Below, piece after piece: positions 59,378 through 64,000 of a DNA stretch of 64,000 bases. The position numbers and the translations under genes were made by a program. Position 1 is the first letter of the stretch. Each line of letters opens with the position of its first letter. This DNA comes from a bacterium (GTDB taxonomy: Bacteria > Hinthialibacterota > Hinthialibacteria > Hinthialibacterales > Hinthialibacteraceae). Where the stretch lies: the NCBI GenBank assembly GCA_963662285.2, contig CAXXMV010000001.1:704001-768000 (forward strand). The letters run 5' to 3'. The notes beneath the pieces were generated by a model. The model ran no database searches. It worked only from the letters and a program-made list of their open reading frames with translations, and was not told the origin of the DNA.

Positions 59378-61194
59378 TTCTCAAATTGTTCAGAATAGGG
59401 CGTAACGATGCGGTAGGTGCTGCTTAAGAAGCGGATTTGTTCGAGGAACTCGGGCTGTTCTCCTTCATCCACCATTCTTCCCACGATGTGATAAATTTTG
59501 TGGAAAGCCCATTGCCGGGCGATTTCGTATGTTCCATTGTCGCGTTCAGGAACCTTTAGTTCCAACACGACTTCTTTCTGCTCATCGAAGGCTTCGCCGA
59601 CCAGACGCAGGGTGAAACTCTTTTCATCGCGCAGCCGACCCCAAACGCGAATTTCACCTTTTTGATATAGATGAGGCAATCTCTTGGGATAAACTTCCGT
59701 CTTATCCACTCCAAGAAAATCTGCTGATACTTGCAGCAAAAGAGGGTCTTCGATATATCGAAACATCGACTCAAGCACCGGAGGAAGATCGGAACGGTTT
59801 TGCTCGAAAGCCACCAATCCTCGATTTCTGAAGGCGAGCATGTCCAGTAAATAGCGGTTAATGACGTCTCCGGTTCCAACGCAGAATATGGAGGTGCTGG
59901 GTCCCTGATTTTGGGTCAAACTATTGATAATCTTACGGCTGTTAACCACGCCGACCGTCGGTCTTCCATCGCTTACCAGAAACAGGGTCAGCGGACGGGC
60001 GCGTTCGGTTCCCAGGCGGACCAGCGGTTGCAGCGATGTATAAATATCCGTCTTACCCGACGCTTCGAGGGGACGGATGAAGCGTTTGGCTAATTGCATA
60101 TTATCACTGGTCACAGGCGCCAGGGTATCCGTAAATTTTTTGACGCTGCGCTTGAATCCCACAATATTGAAACGGTCATCAGGCCGCAATTGGAGCATCA
60201 AAGCTTCCAGTTCATCAATGATAACCTTCATGCGTCTCTGCCCCATGCTGGAAGAGGCGTCAACCACAAAAACCACATCCTTAGGCAAAACGCGCAACCG
60301 TTCATCAGCGGCGAGAGGCCGTATGCGAACCATGAAATATCCATCGCCGCCGACATGGTGATAGGTTTGTAAATCCACCCATAGCAGATCATCAAGATTA
60401 ACGAACCTATCTTTGATCTCTTCTTTGGCGTCTTCAATAGTTTTCAAGTCAGCAGTTTGCGGATTTGATCCCATTAGATCAGTTATTGGAAAAAATTCAG
60501 TAACCGGCGGCAATTCAATTGGCGGCTCAGAAATCTCCAGATCGGGAATTGGCGGTGGAAGATTCCGGTCCAATACCATTTGCAAAGAACGCGCCGCCAC
60601 CGGATTACTCTGTAAAACCGGAGCGGGCAATCCCTCCAATATACGGCGTTGTCCACCGCCGCGTCCAGTTAGAGGAATGTAATCAGGATTAATATCATCA
60701 ACCACGGCCTCGCGCCCGCCTTGCGCATCAAAACGCTGGATGCTTTTTTGACTGAATTTTGAAGAAATAAGCCGATTGGCCGCCTGATCATCTTCAAACA
60801 AATGATCCACTTCTTCATCATCCCAAGCTGGAATAACATTAGAGATGGAAGGCGGCATGATATCATTGATTCCCGACTGCACAGAACGGGGAATCTGATT
60901 ATTTAATTGATCAATTTCCTCTTGCAGAACTCTTTCCCGTTCACGAATCAAATTTTCTTGAGTAGGGCGGGATGTGAAATTGCGTGATTCTAATTTTTGC
61001 AGACGAACATTAAAGAGAGTTTCCACCGATTCTTCAGCAACGCCGATATCAGCCACTTGCCAGGAAGTAGACATATAAATAAACGCAAAATGCGCAATTA
61101 ACGATACGCACAATGAGGCGATCAGCCATTGATCCCGCCTGTGGCGTTTTGGATAATAAATATGTGATGGCGATATGTCGTGGCTATTAAACAT
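59374..61194 (-). CDS. Membrane-anchored vWA-domain protein with TonB-like SxxxH TM and Pro-rich linker
   Basis: CVSLIAH TM, PPPIPDLEISEPPIELPP, PKDVVFVVDASSSM MIDAS, G.TD, VSDG.PT.G. The track start at 61236 lies inside a repeat. Confidence 0.85.
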   Translation of the reverse strand: MFNSHDISPSHIYYPKRHRRDQWLIASLCVSLIAHFAFIYMSTSWQVADIGVAEESVETLFNVRLQKLESRNFTSRPTQENLIRERERVLQEEIDQLNNQIPRSVQSGINDIMPPSISNVIPAWDDEEVDHLFEDDQAANRLISSKFSQKSIQRFDAQGGREAVVDDINPDYIPLTGRGGGQRRILEGLPAPVLQSNPVAARSLQMVLDRNLPPPIPDLEISEPPIELPPVTEFFPITDLMGSNPQTADLKTIEDAKEEIKDRFVNLDDLLWVDLQTYHHVGGDGYFMVRIRPLAADERLRVLPKDVVFVVDASSSMGQRRMKVIIDELEALMLQLRPDDRFNIVGFKRSVKKFTDTLAPVTSDNMQLAKRFIRPLEASGKTDIYTSLQPLVRLGTERARPLTLFLVSDGRPTVGVVNSRKIINSLTQNQGPSTSIFCVGTGDVINRYLLDMLAFRNRGLVAFEQNRSDLPPVLESMFRYIEDPLLLQVSADFLGVDKTEVYPKRLPHLYQKGEIRVWGRLRDEKSFTLRLVGEAFDEQKEVVLELKVPERDNGTYEIARQWAFHKIYHIVGRMVDEGEQPEFLEQIRFLSSTYRIVTPYSEQFEK

Positions 61195-61227
61195 CAGTAT
61201 CTCGTATCTCGTATCCCAACTGGGATT

Positions 61228-61427
61228 GGGTGGCAAGGGCAGTGTATTTTCTGCCCTTGATTGAGTTCAATTCATTTATTTCCATAGTTTTTATCAACAA
61301 TCCATGTTGAAGAAAAAATAAAATCCAATCTATTTTGCCTGTAATTGGATTATAAAAAAATCAAAGGTTTATTACGTTTTTCTAAGGTTTTCAGTCAAGG
61401 GCAGAAAGGACGCTGCCCTTGGCACCC
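61228..61427. repeat. Inverted pair of family A palindromes with AT-rich spacer
   Basis: 61228-61262 (-) and 61395-61427 (+); spacer is homologous to 30392-30471. Confidence 0.8.
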
Positions 61428-61483
61428 TTATTGCAGTATTCATCGTAATGAATACTGATCAAGCATCTTCTTCATCAATCGCT

Positions 61484-63988
61484 CTATGAACCAGACGGTT
61501 TATCCTTGGTTTTCTGATCCACATCATTAATAGGCGCAGGCGCAGTATCCGGGCTATTAAATTCCGCCTGCGCTTTAACGGTCCAGGGAGAATCAGGATA
61601 ACGTTTCTGTAATTCAGCATACAGGGTTTTTATTTCTTCTGGTTCGTTCAAAACCCGGTGACACTTGATGCTGCGGTATAACGCTTCCGGCGTCAATTCA
61701 GGATGATCATAAATAATGGCCACACGCAGGAAGCATTCCAACGCATCGCCGGTCCGGTTTAGTTTATCAAACAACCGCCCACGATCCATAAAAAGAACCG
61801 CTTCGAATGATGTATCTGGATTGCCTAACTTTTGCAGTTCAACCAGGCTTTTTTCATACCACTCCATAGCTTTGGTTAAATCGCCCTGCCCTTCAAACGC
61901 CCTGCCGCGGGTGTGGAATATCTCCGCCTGAAACAGGCTTTTCGGGAACCTGGTCAAAAAGGTCTCTGCGTTCGCCAAAACATCTTTCCACTCGCCTAAA
62001 GCAACTAGCTGGTTGCCCAAGCCGATGTAGGCTCTTTCCTGAATCTGTGGTTCATCAAAAATATCCAGTATCCTCTTGGCAATCTCGAGCGCTTCAGTAT
62101 GGTCGCCTCTTTCATCAGCCGTGATAACCATCCAGAAGATGATTTCAGTCGGCAGCCGGATTCCGCGATCAGTAAAGAGGACGCCGTAGAAACCTTCGTA
62201 GGCCGCGCTGAACTGCTTGGTTTGATAATCGCAAAGCGCCTTGCGCAGCCGCACTTCCTCTTTATCCTTAAATAGTGGATAAACCTTTAGCAATTGGCCA
62301 TAAGCAGCAGAAGCCTCTTGCTTCTTCCCCTGGATTTCATAAATATAGGCCCGCCAGTAAAGAGCTTCCGGTTTACGTGATTGATCATCTTCTGATTGCA
62401 GAATGGCGTTTAAGTCAACCAGCGCACCATCGTATTGTTTGATTTGATATTGCGCCAACGCTTTGCGGTAAAGCACGTCATGCTTGTTTTGCAAGTCGGG
62501 ATATTCTTTCAACAAGCGCTCAGCAACCTCAACTGCGCGTTGATATTCTTTGCCGGCGAAGCGTGAATTGGCCGCCCAACTCAATGCTTCCTGAGCGCGG
62601 GCGGATGTGGGATAAGCATCATAATATTTTTCGAAAGCGTCTCCCGCCTCGCTATAGGTTTGGGATCGGTAAAGCAGATCGGCCAACAAGTAGAGAGATT
62701 CCTCTGCATATTCACTTGTAGTACTGATCTCTAAAGAGACGCGCAATTCATCGATAGCTAATTTATAATCCAGTTTCTGCGCATAGGACTGACCGGCCAG
62801 GAAATGAACATTACTGCTCATTTCCGGAGCAAGCCCTTGCTTCAAAAGGTTCTGACATTCTCTCAGCGCCGCGTCATATTTTTTCGATAGATAATTCGAC
62901 CACGCCAATTGATACCACGCACGCTCGCGGTATTCTCCAGCGCCTGGATCGGCGATAACTTCCCGGAAAAAGAGAATAGCGTCTTCATAAGATTTCTGTT
63001 GATAAGAGCATGTACCTTTGAGAAACAGAATCCCGGCGCGCAGGTCGTCAGGTAAAGATTCACGTTGTAAGGCGCGGGAGAGTTCCAACGCTTTTGCGTA
63101 ATTCTTACGCTGGTATTCCGCCCAGGCGGCGCCATATAAGGCTTTGGAGGATGCTTCGCCCGATGGATGAGCCGCCGCATAGGCTTGATAAGCCTGAGAG
63201 GCTTCTTCAAATTTATCCAGTTTATAAAGTATTTGAGCCGACCGTAGTTGCGCTTCGGAAATCAAATCAGAATCTTTGGGGATTTTGTATTTCGATGGAT
63301 TCTTCCATATATCGTCAAGTTGCTTTACTGCGTCAGCAGGCTTGCCTTGCCGGGCCAGGATTTCCGCTTGCAGCATAATGGCGAAAGCCGAAAATTCACC
63401 ATTCGGATAAGTTGAGCGAATCTGGCGATACCGCGTCATCGCATTTTCGTCATCGCCCAGACTTTCATAGCATCGAGCTGAATAGAACAAAGCGGCTTCC
63501 AGCACAGAAGCGTCTTTGCTCTGCTTCACCACTTTCTGTAATGTTTCAAGTCCAGTCTTTGTGTCATCAAGTTTATAGCAAACCTCGCCATACCTGAGCA
63601 ATGCCTCATGCAACCGTTCACCAGCGGGATACAACCTGAGCCACTCTTGAAACAAGCCGCGCGTTTTCAAAAGAGCCACTTTGTAGGCGACGGGATCATC
63701 AGTCAGATTTTTCGATGCCTGTTGATATTGCGATTCGCCCTGACGAAACAACGCCAGGCTGCTCAATGCACTTACCGGATGTTTTTTCAAAAAGGCGGTG
63801 TATTGCTTTGCAGCGTTGTCATACATGCCTCTCTGATATAATCCATCAGCAAAATCCAGATCGGTCTTTTCTTGAGCGGAAACAGCCGCCGCATCCTCAG
63901 AAAAAGCATTTATGACGGATAATGGCGAAAATAAAATCATGACCGCCAGAACAATACACGTTATATTTACAATCAATCTAATTCTCAT
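61484..63988 (-). CDS. Large exported TPR-repeat protein (CpoB/YbgF-like repeats)
   Basis: Signal peptide; repeated A...Y..F...YP...ALY TPR units throughout. Confidence 0.88.
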   Translation of the reverse strand: MRIRLIVNITCIVLAVMILFSPLSVINAFSEDAAAVSAQEKTDLDFADGLYQRGMYDNAAKQYTAFLKKHPVSALSSLALFRQGESQYQQASKNLTDDPVAYKVALLKTRGLFQEWLRLYPAGERLHEALLRYGEVCYKLDDTKTGLETLQKVVKQSKDASVLEAALFYSARCYESLGDDENAMTRYRQIRSTYPNGEFSAFAIMLQAEILARQGKPADAVKQLDDIWKNPSKYKIPKDSDLISEAQLRSAQILYKLDKFEEASQAYQAYAAAHPSGEASSKALYGAAWAEYQRKNYAKALELSRALQRESLPDDLRAGILFLKGTCSYQQKSYEDAILFFREVIADPGAGEYRERAWYQLAWSNYLSKKYDAALRECQNLLKQGLAPEMSSNVHFLAGQSYAQKLDYKLAIDELRVSLEISTTSEYAEESLYLLADLLYRSQTYSEAGDAFEKYYDAYPTSARAQEALSWAANSRFAGKEYQRAVEVAERLLKEYPDLQNKHDVLYRKALAQYQIKQYDGALVDLNAILQSEDDQSRKPEALYWRAYIYEIQGKKQEASAAYGQLLKVYPLFKDKEEVRLRKALCDYQTKQFSAAYEGFYGVLFTDRGIRLPTEIIFWMVITADERGDHTEALEIAKRILDIFDEPQIQERAYIGLGNQLVALGEWKDVLANAETFLTRFPKSLFQAEIFHTRGRAFEGQGDLTKAMEWYEKSLVELQKLGNPDTSFEAVLFMDRGRLFDKLNRTGDALECFLRVAIIYDHPELTPEALYRSIKCHRVLNEPEEIKTLYAELQKRYPDSPWTVKAQAEFNSPDTAPAPINDVDQKTKDKPSGS

Positions 63989-64000
63989 ATTCGTTGCTCT

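Noticed and set aside
61434-61457. Perfect 10-bp hairpin CAGTATTCAT-CGTA-ATGAATACTG after the TPR gene
   Set aside because: No U-tract on the relevant strand and single occurrence; function cannot be supported
1-64000. CRISPR array, tRNA/rRNA, prophage or intact transposase
   Set aside because: Repeats are dispersed rather than regularly spaced; no cloverleaf, rRNA, phage or full transposase signatures were seen by eye

Overview
Bacterial chromosomal window (diderm, flagellated; probably an uncultured lineage) with about 50 CDS. It holds housekeeping genes (ftsK, UvrD/Rep helicase, mutS, rarA, birA, ABC-F, dCMP deaminase), GT-C glycosyltransferases, secreted Tat/Sec enzymes, signalling proteins and a flgF-G-A-H-I-J-N cluster with a sigma54-type promoter. 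I saw no rRNA, tRNA, CRISPR array or intact transposase. The most notable features are not explained by the ORF track. (1) Two paralogous 24- and 27-aa hydrophobic micro-ORFs (4378-4452, 6811-6894) have strong RBSs, a shared leader motif, leader/ORF-end complementarity and 3' hairpins, which resembles type I toxins or a small membrane peptide family. They bracket an AT-rich two-gene cassette of unknown function and a pseudo-receiver gene. (2) Two unrelated secreted multidomain proteins share a C-terminal [IV]-x-[EN]-W-x-x-[FY] tail, a candidate sorting signal. (3) A 325-bp MITE with IS50-like ends and a 9-bp target duplication sits inside a REP palindrome and carries a REP-flanked RAYT-like remnant. 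(4) At least five families of short intergenic repeats are present. All calls are from manual reading; no database searches were run.
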